Of a stretch of 64,000 bases of DNA, positions 27,980 to 41,106 are shown in pieces; the stretch's first letter is position 1, and each line of letters starts with the position of its first letter. Origin of the DNA: Octopus vulgaris (lineage: Eukaryota); NCBI GenBank assembly GCA_951406725.2, contig OX597816.1, positions 66,836,001-66,900,000 of the forward strand, written 5' to 3'. Position numbers and translations under genes: made by a program. Under the pieces are notes generated by a model. The model saw only the letters and a list, made by a program, of their open reading frames with translations. It ran no database searches and was not told where the DNA came from.

Positions 27980-28819
27980 CGTTATCTGACTTGGCTAGGT
28001 TACTATGGCCAAATGCCCTTCCTAATGCCAACCACTCCACATGTCTATGTTCACTTCCAAACCACATGATATACTGACTGGGTAGATAACTGCTCCATGA
28101 GGGAAGCAAAGCTAGATTAATGGACTGAACAGTTTCATCCTAATGAAAATTGTCAACAATGTGCCTCCATGGAACAAGGGCTTCTTTCAGTTTCTCTCTA
28201 CTGAGAAGCTTTGGCCTGCCCAAAGACACCTTTACAGGGTACCATGTTGTGGGACTGAATCTGAAAACATGTAGCTGAGAATTTTTCAACACATAGCCAC
28301 ACCTGTGCCTATGGTGTAGACCCTAGAATTTTATTATATGTCCGCCCTTTTTTTTTTGAGAAAATATTTTCACTTTTGTGTAATTTTCAAAAATTTAATT
28401 CAGATAAGACATTTTAATAAAATAATTGGTAAATAATTAAAATTAAATAATTTAAGCAAGATTATATAATATGACACATTTCTTTTAAAAAATGGAAACC
28501 AATTTTTGAATGTTTTTTTTTCAAATGATATCAATGATGGCAGGAATAAGATAACACATTAGATAAACAAACTTCTTTAAGAGTTCTTAATTAGTGTCAC
28601 ACTGTAAAATATGTTAACTCATTTTATTTCATTCACTAATAATGGATTCACTATGAAGCAACAACAGAGCTTCTACAAAGTTGTTCAACTGGCTAGAAAT
28701 AGTAGCCAAATCTCCCAAATCTAACCCTACCATCTTAGAATGTGCATGTGTATATATATATATGTGTGTAATATTAAATAAATGACAAGGAACTGAAATT
28801 ACATAATGAACTTCATCAG

Positions 28820-28895
28820 CTTACAGCTGTTTCTGCTATAGATGTAGTGCACTCAAAACTAAGTGCTTGTGCATCACTTTATAGCTTCCTCAGAT
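28820..28895 (-). ncRNA. Hammerhead-like motif with an extended stem II
   Basis: Minus strand: CTGAGGA-a-gctata...tatagc-a-GAA-ACAGCTGT-A. Stem III is palindromic; stem I is weak. Confidence 0.45.
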
Positions 28896-29570
28896 ATTCT
28901 ATACATGGAACCACATGATTGCAACACAAGTTTTCAACCACCTTGGCCTCATATTCTTTCATTTTCATTCATTAGTACTAGGTAAGATATTTTTTCTGAT
29001 TACTTAACAAAATAGGCACTACATATATTAAACATTTTTACATTGCTTTGAAATGTAATCAATTGTCATTGAAATTTAGGCCTCAATGTAAAAAAATGAG
29101 AGTAAATTATGTTGAATTAAAATGCATTGAATTGAATTGAATTATTTATTCTCTTGAGTAAATAATAACATTTTTTTGATAAATATTTTAAATCCTCTAA
29201 CTACACTGTGTTATAGTTAGAATTTTTCTGTCCATTCGTTACTTATTGTGAAGGAACATTAAACTTACCTATTGTAAACACAGACACGACTGTGTGGTAA
29301 GAAGTTTGTTTCTCAACCACATGTTTCCAGGTTCAATCCTACTGTAAGGCACCTTTGACAAATGTCTTCTAATAGAGCCTCAGTCCAACCAGATGACTTG
29401 TGAGTGGGTTTAATAGACAGAAACTGAAACAAGCCCATTGTATGTATTACAGCCAGATTAAGACCAATAGAGATCCAAAGCACATAAAGGATTTTGGTGT
29501 TCCCATATATTTGTAATTAAAGATATAAACAATAAAATAAATTTTTGTTTTTCAAAACGAAACAAAACAT

Positions 29571-29972
29571 AGGTGCAGAAGTGGCTGTGTGGTAAGTAGC
29601 TTGTTTACCAACCACATGGTTCTGGGTTCAGTCCCACTGCGTGGCACCTTGGGCAAGTGTTTTCTACTAGAGCCTCAGGCCGACCAAAGCCTTGTGAGTG
29701 GATTTGGTAGAAGGAAACTGAAAGAAGCCTGTCGTATATATGTATATATATATATATGCGTGTGTGTTTGTGTGTCTGTGTTTGTCCCCCTAGCATTGCT
29801 TGACAACCGATGCTGGTGTGTTATGTCCCCATTACTTAGCGGTTCGGTAAAAGAGACCGATAGAATAAGTACTGGGCTTACAAAAGAATAAGTCCCGGGG
29901 TCGAGTTGCTCGATTAAAGGCGGTGCTCCAGCATGACCGCAGTCAAATGACTGAAGCAAGTAAAAGAGTAAA
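29571..29972 (+). mobile_element. SINE family A, full length
   Basis: tRNA-like head, CORE-like segment and gtaaaagag tail. Confidence 0.9.
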
Positions 29973-30523
29973 ACTAGCAGTAAGATGGAAAATAATGTTT
30001 ATTTTTGTATAATTCTGCTTTATTTATATTTGGAAAGTTTTCTACTTTTTTTACAATTGCAGTCTTTGAGCAGATCCTCAAAATTAATCTGACATAACAC
30101 ATCTGCTTCTGTATTTAGTAGAGATAATGCATTCAGCCTGCTTTGATGCATTATTGTTCTGATGGGATTTTTAATATAATTCAACTGAGAAAATGAACAA
30201 TCAGCTGAGCAACTTGTGTCAGCTTCCATCTACCAAATACAGTCACAAGGCTTTGGTCAGCCCAGGGCTAGAGCAGAAGACACTTGTCCAGTGTGCCATG
30301 CAATGAGACTGAACTCAGAACTATGTTATTGGGAAGCAAACTTCTTACCACACAGACACACTTGTGCCTACATATTGATAACAGATATTTCCCCACTATG
30401 GCACTAGGACAGGAATGTGTTAGGAAAGAGTAGAGTCGTTTTCATTTTATTTTGTGGTTTTTTTGTCACCAGAAGATGACAGGAGCAGTACTCATGACCT
30501 TTGCAGGGTCTCTCAGACTTGTG

Positions 30524-30561
30524 TGACAGAAACAGACAGACAGACAGACAGATAGCTAGAT

Positions 30562-30592
<31 letters not shown>

Positions 30593-30677
30593 TAGATAGA
30601 CAAACAGACATATAGACAGACAGACAAACAGACAGACATATAGATAGATAGATAGATAGATAGACAGACAGATAGAT

Positions 30678-30712
<35 letters not shown>

Positions 30713-30789
30713 TAGATAGACAAACAGACAGACAAATAGATAGGCAAACAGACAGACAAGCAGATAGATAGGCAAACAGACAGACAGAT

Positions 30790-30848
<59 letters not shown>
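30524..30848. repeat. (GACA/GATA)n plus (GA)n microsatellite
   Basis: Direct reading. Confidence 0.95.
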
Positions 30849-31304
30849 AGTCACGAGTTGGTGTAGTGGGAAGCCAGTTGTCATGATGCTTAATGTTGGG
30901 TTATCTTCAGACTAGAGATTTGGTCCACGTGCTTCTAACAGAGGAGACTGCCAAAGACACTCCAAAGAAAGTCCAGTCTAGGTAATGGTGCCAAACTGAG
31001 CAAGGAATTATGTTAATAGAATGGACCTAATTAGCATATATAGCTTTTGCTTAATTTATTGTGTGTTATCATTAAACATCAGAAGACATTTTGTTTGAAC
31101 TCTTTAAGTAAAATAACAATGAATGTTTAGATGCATCACAAGGTCACAGATTTTGAGGAAAGGTACAGGCCATCATGTCAGACCCAGAAGGATGGAAAAC
31201 AAAGTAGGACTCATTGAGATTTGAACCCATAATATAAAATTACATGTCTAAATATTGTGAGGTATTACGTCCAGGGTTTTACCAATTCTGTTCGCTGCTA
31301 CTCA

Positions 31305-31512
31305 TTTGATGACAATAATGAGATGATGATGATGATGATGATGATGACGGTGACAGTGGTGGAGTTGATGGCGATGACAGTGATGATAATGATGGTGATG
31401 ATGACGGTGATGATAATGATGGTGATGATGATGATGATGATAATGTTGATGACGGTGGTGGTGGTGGAGTTGATGGCGATGACGGTGATGATAATGATGG
31501 TGATGATGATGA
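31305..31512. repeat. (GAT/GGT)n tract with an internal duplication
   Basis: gtggtggagttgatggcgatgac occurs twice. Confidence 0.85.
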
Positions 31513-32971
31513 TTCCTTACAGAGGCAAACCGACATAATAATAAACACCTTACTTATACCTAAAACCTTATACCATTCCAGTTGTTCTATCTAGAATATC
31601 AGACATGATCCAATGAAATATTTGGGCTATCAACATATTGCACACACAACGCAACACTCACAACACACACACGCACACACACAAAACACATACACATCCT
31701 GTAAAGCAAAAAAAAAAAAAAAAGGAAAAAAATATAAGATTATAAAATAGGTTCAGCTAGAAAATATTTAACTGAAAAACATTTGGCCTTCAGCAAAATA
31801 TTTTTTGGAGATGAGGAATCAGACTGGTTTTATTTATTTGTTTTTGGAGCCAAATATTTCTGATATTTCAAATTCAGAAGAACTTTCTCAGTCTTGAGAA
31901 AAAATAAGTAAGTTTCAATGAAAACAGAAAAAATTATCTGCAACAATTTGCATTAAATTTTAATTAGGTTATCTTACAGTTTCAGTTACTGGAAAAAAAC
32001 TATCTCACCCATCTACCTATCTTGCTTTCTAAAATGTCTTTTCTATTTAAATAATCAGAGTAAATGTTTTAAATTTATACTGCTGCTCCTTCAAACTACT
32101 CCTGGTCTGGCCAAATAAATAAGGGAGTCTCTAAGTGGCTATTTATTTTGCAAGAAGTAGCAAGTAAATTTCCTTCAAATCACACCCCACCGTCTTAAAA
32201 AATAACATTGAATAATGTTTGTTTAAATACAATATGTGGTAGTCATGGCTGGAATGCTTCTGATTATAGGCATGTTTAATCCAGACTGATCTATGAATAA
32301 TGAACAACAATAACTCCAGGTTTGGCTGTTATTCAAGCACTCCAAAAATAGGCATATTTTCTCTTGGTGAGGAGTTCAGGGGTAGCAGCCAATGGCTGTA
32401 CAATAAGGTAGGATCTGTGTCTATGACCTCAAAAGTGAGCAGTCTTCATACTGTTTCTAGAAACAGTTGTAGGGACAACTTGCTCTGTAGACTTTGTTTC
32501 TTATATTAGGTCAGTTATTAAATGAGAACTGTCAATATGAAGGAAGCATGTAAAAATCTCATCTAATTTATGGCCAGCAGATTGGGAGAATTCATAATAC
32601 CAGTTGAGAAACAGACAAAATTCATTACATCATTTAATTAATCCAACCTTTCTCTATGTTCTTATTTCATATCTCATTGGGTAATTAAAATAAATACCAA
32701 AGTACAAGCAGTTATGTAACTGTTGGAGTCGAGGAAGGTCCACTCCAGTCAATACTTTTTACTGGGGTAACACTTTTGAGTTTTCTGTATAAGTCTATAT
32801 AGGCTTGAGGGCCCTGGGTGGAAGGTGGTAGGGGAAAACTGAAAGACTGTTTCTGACAGTGTACACTCTAGCTAGCCACTGTGTACAAGTACAATGGAAA
32901 TTAAATGGATTATACCTTTGTATGCCATACCCTTGAACAACCTTAATCCAATGGACTAAAACCAATAATAT

Positions 32972-33180
32972 ATCATCATCATCATCATCATTTAACATCT
33001 GCTTTCCATGCTGGCATGGGTTGGACGATTTGACTGAGGACTGGCGAACCAGATGGCTGCGCCAAGCTCCAATATGATCTGGCAGAATTTCTACAGCTGG
33101 ATGCCCTTCCTAACGCCAACCACTCTGAGAGTGTAGTGGGTGCTTTTATGTGCCACCGACACGAGGGCAAGTCAGGCGGT
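32972..33180 (-). mobile_element. RTE-type 3' end
   Basis: CAT tail and conserved terminus. Confidence 0.8.
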
Positions 33181-33364
33181 CTCAATCATTTAACTGCAGC
33201 CAAGCTGATGGTGATGAACAAGAACTGTTCAGATCAGTAAAAACTGTGTCTCAAAGACAAGATTTCCTCCTCTAAACTAGAAAATACTTACGATCTGTTG
33301 AATTTGAAAATCTACAAATCTCAAGTAAACTTTAGATTCTTCTTCATATTTTTTTCTTTGCTTT

Positions 33365-34030
33365 AGATCCTCCTGCACTGCTCAGCATATTGGGCAGCAA
33401 GGTTTCACCATCAAGCTCAGTGGCTGCCACATTTGTACATCTATTCTACATAATGTCAACTGTCTTCAAGTCAACGTGAAATATTTGCCCCCAGGTGGTC
33501 TTCAGCTTGCCCCTGTGCATGGTCACCCAACCTGCTAGAAATAGCACCCAAATTTCACTCAAATCACACCCTTCTATCCTAGAAAAGAAAACACTGCATA
33601 ATGTCTTGGGTTCCCTGCTCTGAGGAAAATACAAGATGGGCATGGCTGGAATGACCTTGAAGATAGGACAGCTTAATCATGGCTACCCCGGGTGCTAATC
33701 AACAACAGCAACAACTTACACTTATTAAGAGACAATATTTGCCCTCAGGTGGTCTTCAGCTTGCCCCTGTTACACCTGCTGACAAGTGGTATCCAAGTGG
33801 TGACTGTTTTTGCATGCTATTGATTGATTAGACAGAGAATATTGCCAGACTGGCAGAATCAGTACTCAGCTATGATCTCTTGCAGTAGACATGACTTCAA
33901 TCTTTTCAGAATCTCCTTCTTTGTGACACAATCCTAACAGTGAACCCTCAGAATCTTTCTGAGGCACATTTCATGGAAATTATTCAGTTTCCTATCCACC
34001 TTTACTGCATTTTTTCAAGTCTTGTTGGCA
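33365..34030 (-). pseudogene. Old, decayed RTE-like LINE C-terminal coding fragment, split by an insertion
   Basis: My minus-strand translation reads KLNNFHEMCLRKILRVHC*DCVTKKEILKR...LQEIIAE...RGKLKTT*GQIFHVDLK, resembling the FHxxCLRxIL...GRPKxTW motifs of RTE. Confidence 0.6.
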
Positions 34031-35719
34031 TAGACTGTAATTCTGAACGATAGAGTTATATAGGTGAAATGTCACATCAGTGCCCAGATTGGAGTGCTGC
34101 TTATATATAAAAGCCAATCAGCAGACTGGCAAAGATTCCTTCATCAGCTGCCACTGTTGGTTCACAGATATGCTTCATTGTTCTGCCTCGTTTATCACTG
34201 CTGCTTTTCTCTCTGAATTTGTAAACAATACACCTACTCCCCCTGCCCCTGGCCCACTCAATGCTTCAACCTCTTTTCCTTACATCATCTTTACTTTTCC
34301 TTGCATCATCTTTACTTTTCCAGTCCTTCTCATACCTGTTTATGTTTATATAGATCTTTTGGAGATTGTCAAGAACTATGAAGGAAACCTGTGCATGGTC
34401 ACCCAATCTGCTAGAAATAGCACCCAAATTTCACTCGAATCACACCCTTCTATCCTAGAAAAGAAAACACTGGATAATGTCTTGGGTTCCCTGCTCAGAA
34501 TAAAATGCAGGATGGGCATGGCTGGAATGACCTTGAAGATAGGACAGCTTAACCATGGCTACCCTGGGGGCTAATCAACAACAGCAACAACTTAAACTTA
34601 CTAAGAGACAAATGCTAATTAACAGCTAATTATAGTTTGTTGATAATCTAAAGATTAGTGAAAGCTGACATAAACATGCTTGTTAGCAATTCACATTCCA
34701 AATAACTCTCACTGAAACACACACACAAATAAATGTGGTGTGTGTGTGTGTGTGTGTAATCACTAAGTTTGTGAAGCAAAGTTCTGGAGTGCTGACTACA
34801 TGGTTATGAGTTCAACATTGCTGTGATTTATGCCAAGATAAACGTACATTTTTCTACTTGTTGCAAAATAGAGACTACAAGAAACGGCGGTGGTCTGCAT
34901 CAGCAAAAATTCTACAGTAAAACTGTGAAGTTTTGGATATGTTTGTATGCCATAGGGAGTAAAATAATCTGACATTCCTAAACTGAACCTTTGTTTGAGA
35001 GAAAAGAATTTGCTGAAGTTGTTTGTATTGCTGAAAATATTTTCTGTTCTTACTTCATGGTTGAATGAATAAAGGTTGGAAATGCAACCAGCCATGAAAA
35101 TATTTCTTCTAACAATATGCAAATCTCCAAAGTTAGAGCAAAAAGTACAAACAAACAAAAATTGCAAACAACTATTTTTGCTAAGTGAGAGAATGTACAA
35201 CAGAAATACACAAGAACTGAAAGTCTGCTGAGAAAGAGTCCATTATTTCTGTTAATATCCAAGAAATTTTCTAACCACACACACAGATTAGGAATTTTTT
35301 TTTCTTTTATCAAGAGAAGCCATAGTAATTTTTGTCTATTACATAGGTGTTACCAATTGGGAATATACCAGAGGGAGTTTCACTGAGCTTGCTCAACTTT
35401 CTAGAGAAAGTAGCTAAATCTTATGCAAATCATACAAGCTTTTTTTTAAAAAAAAGAGGAAAGTACAAAATACATTAGACAATGTATTTCTATATACAAC
35501 TAAAAATGACAAGATAGTCATAACTGGAATACTTTTGACCATAAGTTAGCGTTGTCAGATGCTTACTTCGCAACAACATGGATTCAGGTTCAGTCCCACT
35601 GCAGGGTACCTTGAGAAAGTGTCATCTACTATAGTCTAAACCCAGCCAAATCCTTGTGAGCGGATTTCGTAGATGGAAACTAAAGGAAGTCCATTGTGTG
35701 TGTATATATATAGATTCCC

Positions 35720-36115
35720 TTTCTCTTTTACTTGTTTCAGTCATTTGACTGTGGCCATGCTGGAGCACTGCCTTTAGTTGAGCAAACTGACCCTAGGACT
35801 TATTTTTTGGAAGCCTAGTACTTATTCTCGCGTTCTCTTTTGCCGAACTGCTAAGATACAGGGACGTAAACACACCAGCATTGGTTGTCAAGCAATGTTG
35901 GGGGGATAATCAAAGACACACAAACATATACATACACACACACACACACTTATATATATATAGGATGAGCTTCTTTCAGTTTCTGTCTATCAAATCCACT
36001 CACAAAGCTTTGGTCGGCCTGAGGCTATAGTAGAAGACACTTGCCCAAAGTGCCATGCAGTGGGACTGAACCCGGAACAATGTGGTTGGTAAGCAAGCTA
36101 CTTACACAGCCACTC
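35720..36115 (-). mobile_element. SINE family A, full length (an opposing head fragment lies at 35550-35700 +)
   Basis: Homology to the other family A copies. Confidence 0.88.
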
Positions 36116-36200
36116 GTGATATATATATATAGAATTATTTTTTCGTAATGAGATAAAAAAACCAAGGCTGTGTAGGTTTTAGAACATTTATAGATAGAAG

Positions 36201-36248
36201 GTCTTACAGCTGTTTCCAGGATATTTATTATATCCCTTCATCGGAGGT
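36201..36248 (-). ncRNA. Hammerhead-like motif (GUA site, variant core CCGAUGA)
   Basis: Minus strand: ct-CCGATGA-a-gggatat-aataa-atatcct-g-GAA-ACAGCTGT-A-ag. Confidence 0.5.
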
Positions 36249-36538
36249 GGTGTGAGATGGTTAAGTAATAGTTAATTTAAATAAGGTACAAAATAGAGAG
36301 TGAGATGGAGGAAAGAAAATAGATGTGAGATATGTAGGATATTATATTTGTAGATCCATTTTTTAGGCAGAATGGTATACATATAAGATTCCAATACCTT
36401 ATGAATAAAATCCAAAGTTTGCCAACAGAATGTGGTAGTCCCAGGAAAACATTTTTTCTAACTGGCTATCGACACAGTTTGTGTCCGTATAGCATTTGCA
36501 CGAGAGGTCATTGCTCTCATCTCTAGCCTTACGTGATA

Positions 36539-36583
36539 CTCACAGACCTAGGTTTCTGGGTGGTTACTCGTCCTCAGTATGAG
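36539..36583 (-). ncRNA. Minimal type I hammerhead ribozyme with canonical core and GUC site
   Basis: Minus strand: ctcata-CTGAGGA-c-gagt-aacc-accc-a-GAA-ACCTAGGT-C-tgtgag. Stem I is 6 bp, stem III is palindromic, and stem II has one mismatch. Confidence 0.65.
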
Positions 36584-36880
36584 ACAAACACAAGCTAGTG
36601 ATGAAAGCTCTCCTCTCACAAATATTGTATATTCTTTAAGTGACACACAGTTGCTGATCTCATATAGAGAAAAAAAACTTGTTTTAAATTTCTGAGTGAG
36701 AGATATAGTAAAGTTTATACATATATATACATACTCCCGGTCTGGGAATTGAAACTGCGATCCTACGACCGTGAGTCCACTGTCCTAACCACTAGGCCAT
36801 TGTGCCTCCACCTTTTATATATATACTGTTCAGTATCTACACATTGAATAAAATTTATCTTTCTGCTTGTTATATATATA

Positions 36881-38016
36881 AAGTGTAACTGCTAGAATAA
36901 GAATAGCCTGGGCAAAGTTTAGGGAGCTCTTACCTCTGCTGGTGACTAAAGACCTCTCGCTCAGAGTAAAAGGCAGACTGTATGATGCATGTGTACGAAC
37001 AGCCATGCTACATGGCAGTGAAACATGGGCCGTGACTGCTGAGGACATGCGTAAGCTCGTGAGGAATGAAGCCAGTATGCTCCGATAGATGTGTAATGTC
37101 AGTGTACTTACTCGACAGAGCGTTAGTACCTTGAGAGAAATGTTGTACCTAAGAAGCATCAGTTGTGGTGTGCAAGAGAGACGATTGCGCTGGTATGGTC
37201 ATGTGGCGAGAATGGATGAAGATAGGTGTGTGAGAAAGTGCCAATCCCTAGCAGTTGAGGGAACCTGTGGAAGAGGTAGACCCAGGAAAACCTGGGACGA
37301 GGTGGTGAAGCACGACCTTCGAACGTTAGGTCTCACCATGGAAATGACTACGGAAGTATGCTGTGCGTGAGAAGACCCGGCAAGACTAGTGAAGCCATAA
37401 CCCGTGGCCCCTACCTGGGACATAGTCAGTCCACCTGTGCATACCTTCCTTCTTGTGACACTTGTGAAGACCTGCTGAGGCAAGTGAAAATCAATCAAAT
37501 CAAATCAAATCAAATCAAACCAAATCAAAATAGATGAACATCAATGGAATTTGTATCCTTGTGGTACCAGTGCTGGTGGCACATAAGAAAACCATCCGAG
37601 CGTGACCGTAGCCAGTACCGCATCAACTGGCCTACGTGCTGAGGGCACGTAACAAACACCATCCGAGCGTGGCCGTTCGCCAGCCTCATCTGGCACCTGT
37701 GTCGGTGGCACATAAAAACACCATCCGAGCGTGGCCGTCTGCCAGCCTCATCTGGCACCTGTGTCGGTGGCACATAAAAACACCATCCGAGCGTGGCCGT
37801 CTGCCAGCCTTGCCTGGCACCTGTGTCGGTGGCACATAAAATCACCCACTACACTCTCGGAGTGGTTGGCGTTAGGAAGGGCATCCATCTGTAGAAACAC
37901 TGCCAGATCTGACTGGCCTGGTGCAGCCTTCGAGCTTGCCAGACCCCAGTTGAACCGTCCAACCCATGCTAGCATGGAAAGCGGACGTTAAACGATGATG
38001 ATGATGATGATGATGA

Positions 38017-38020
<4 letters not shown>
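36881..38020 (+). mobile_element. RTE LINE 3' fragment
   Basis: RT C-terminal coding with a stop, UTR units and GAT tail. Same subfamily as 1-811. Confidence 0.92.
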
Positions 38021-38055
<35 letters not shown>

Positions 38056-38119
38056 GAGGTGCAATGGCCCAGTGGTTAGGGCAGCGGACTCTTGTGACTG
38101 AGGAAGACCGTTGCTGACC

Positions 38120-38420
38120 TTCAGGAACATTGTGCGCTTTAGGACTAATTTATATTTTGCATTTGCAGTTCTGTTAAAGAGCCCTGCTCTTGACGAGCAT
38201 ACACGACTGCAAACATTGCAGACCAAGCCTTTCCCATTCACTACACCAGCAGTGTGCTTTTGAGCAGCATGCTTAACTTCATGCAGAATATGTACTCTCT
38301 CAAAAGTGTCGATCCCCTCCTTAACCTGCTTCCTCCATCTGTGGCCATGACAGGCATTGTTCTCCCCGTCAGTCTCCTGTATATCACAGGCCTTTAATGA
38401 GGACTTGACATTGTCCATAA
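38120..38420 (-). pseudogene. Fragment of a different LINE, ORF2 C-terminus with a CxxC zinc-finger-like end
   Basis: DNVKSSLKACDI...RWRKQVKEGIDTFE...CNVCSRVCSSRAGL. Confidence 0.6.
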
Positions 38421-38423
38421 AGC

Positions 38424-38706
38424 TTGGAGGTACATGGCCTAGTGGTTAGAGCAGTGGACTCGCGGTCAAGGGATTGCAGATTTGAATCTCAGACCGGACG
38501 ATGTATGTTTATGAACGAAACACCTAAGCTCCACCAGAAGGTGATGGTGAACTTCTGCTGACTCTTTCACCACAACTTTCTCTCACTCTTTCCTCCTACA
38601 TCTAGCAGCTCACCTGCGACGGACCAGTGTCCCGTCCAGGTGGGAAACCTATATGCCAAGGAAACCAGCCCTATGAGCCAGGTGTGGCTCAAGAAGGAAC
38701 AAACAA
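38424..38706 (+). mobile_element. tRNA-derived SINE (family B-related)
   Basis: A-box TGGCCTAGTGG, degenerate B-box and AAAC tail. Confidence 0.7.
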
Positions 38707-39239
38707 TTTATAGCATGTCTGCTTCAAGATCCAATGTTCCAAAATGAATTATTTGATGTTCTCTTGAAATTTCTAAATTCTTATGACATCAACAATACAC
38801 ACACACACACACACATACATACACATATATAAATTTAATGTGCAATATATTGATTTATAAAATCCTGTGATAGCCACAAAAAGCTCCTCAAGTGAACCCA
38901 GTTACATACCACATAGTAATCTAATATGGATGAGTATACTGTAGAATCCTATCCACCTGAAATCCAGTAGATCCAATCAATGAAATTATTTCTGAAGAGC
39001 TTAGCTCCTGTATCCGCATTGGTTTGAAAACATACAATAGTACTATGAAATTTTAGCATAGATACTAGGACAGATGTGTAAAATAATCTATTGCGCACTA
39101 AAATAATTGTTTTTACATGATGAAGGCTGCAAAATGGCTGTCATCCTATGGATATCAACTGATGAAATAAATATATTCACATTTCACACCTACTAACTTT
39201 ATATATATATATATATAAGGTCGAAAGACAGCTGTTGTT

Positions 39240-39557
39240 ACATCCTGTTATTTGTATTTGTGTAACTTTCTCCATTTTTTTCCGTCCTTGTTTTTTCGTA
39301 TACATTTGCTGCTTTCTTCCAAGGAATCTAATAATGCTCTTAGCTTAGTTTTTCCTTGGGGCTGGCCAGATTGGAGCAATCTCGAGTATAACCAGCTGAA
39401 ATTACAAAGATCATCTGGAACTCGACTGAGGAAAGAAAACTCCGAATGACCCGTCCTTGTTTTCTTTGTATCGTCTATCTAAATGGATGCTTTGTTGTCC
39501 CTTTCTTGTATCACCTAACTGTCCGGATGTTTTGCGTTTTTGTCCCATTTTGTATTT
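39240..39557 (+). mobile_element. Diverged solo copy of the 14144/15007 terminal-repeat family
   Basis: Colinear similarity (ttcttcca.g.aatcta..gctc..agcttagttttt...ggctggcc...) to the reverse complement of 14144-14473. Confidence 0.65.
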
Positions 39558-39588
39558 ATATATATGTATGTGTGTGTGTGTGTGTGTA

Positions 39589-39872
39589 TCAGCATCATCA
39601 TCACCATCGTTTAACATCCGCTTTCCATGCTAGCATCGGCTGGATGATTTGACTGAGGACTGGCGACCCAGATGGCTGCACCAGGTTCCAATCTGATCTG
39701 GCAGAGTTTCTACAGCTGGATGCCCTTCCTAACGCCAACCACTCCGAGAGTGTAGTGGGTGCTTTTATGTGCCACCAGCACGAGGGCCAGTCAAGTGGTA
39801 CTGGCAACGGCCATGCTCAAATGGTGTTTTTTACGTGCCACCTGCACAGAAGTCAGTCCAGCAGCACTGGCA
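39589..39872 (-). mobile_element. RTE-type 3' end
   Basis: CAT tail and conserved terminus. Confidence 0.8.
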
Positions 39873-40264
39873 GGAGGTTCAATGGCCCAATGGTTAGGGC
39901 AGCTGACTCACGGTTTCGATTCCCAGACCGGGCGTTGTGTGTGTTTATTGAACGAAAACACCTAAAGCTCTACGAGGCTCCGGCAGGGGGTGGTGGCAAC
40001 ACCTGTTGTACTCTTTCACTCGAACTTTCTCACACTCATTCTTCCTGTTTCTTATCCCCGACTTCCTACACAACCACTGAGCCTGAATGCACATTCATCC
40101 ATCCGTCGATGCTCTCGGTGTCGGGGGTTGACCTGCTTTCTCTTCTGCGGGTCTTACAAATAGCAAAGAACCACGTTTCGGTTTCTCTGACTACAGAGGC
40201 GCAATCTTGTGAGCTCTGGGACGAAGACCGCTTCGCTCAACAAACAAACAAATAAACAAACAAG
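39873..40264 (+). mobile_element. tRNA-derived SINE family B, (AAAC)n tail
   Basis: A-box TGGCCCAATGG and B-box GGTTTCGATTCC. Homologous to 43652-44022 (-). Confidence 0.85.
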
Positions 40265-41106
40265 CATATATATTATATGCATATATGATGAACTTCCACC
40301 CTGTTTCTGTTCACCAGATTTACTCACAAGTCATTGGTCAGCCTGATACTTTGGTAGAAGATACTTGCTCAAGATACTGCACAGTTGGAATGAACACAAA
40401 ATGATGTGGTTGCAAAGCAATCTTCCTAACCACACATTCCTGTACCTATCCTACATTAACTATATGAAGAATAATTTTTTCTTATTTATTACTTTAATAA
40501 ATATTAATGTTACACAGTAAAGGCATACTTTTTCAAATTCAATCTCAGATTTCAAAAATATGAAAATATATGATAAAGTTACTAATATTAATTCAATAGT
40601 TAATAACATTAATTCAGTATACCCCCACTGCTCCCCCTGCTACAACACACCTCATCATTCCATCATTACTACCACCACCTGTTTCTATTTTTCTTTTGGA
40701 AGATTGGAATGTGTTGTTAAATTATTTTTGACCACAGAACAATTTAGCAACAACATTCTTTCAATTCTCAAGTATAAAATAGAAATAGTAATTATAAAGA
40801 AACAAAAAAAAAATGTTTCATTCGACCTCCCTTCATTGTCTGGCATGATGCAACAATCTTCAATCATCGTATGGCATTTCAGATATGGTAAACTTTCAGC
40901 AATCAAATGGAACTTCAAATAAATTAAATTACAGAGAGCTGTTACTGTGTAGGAGTGGTACCATGATATTTGGGTTGTCTTTTACAAATAATAATAATAA
41001 TAATGATAATAATAATGATAATGATGATGATGATGATGATAATAATAAAAATAATAATAATAATAACAACAACAACAACAATAACAATAGTAATAATAAT
41101 AATAAT

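Noticed and set aside
39360-39432. HDV-like ribozyme fold for the ggctgg motif
   Set aside because: No P3/L3 hairpin, P1.1 or J4/2 arrangement could be built.
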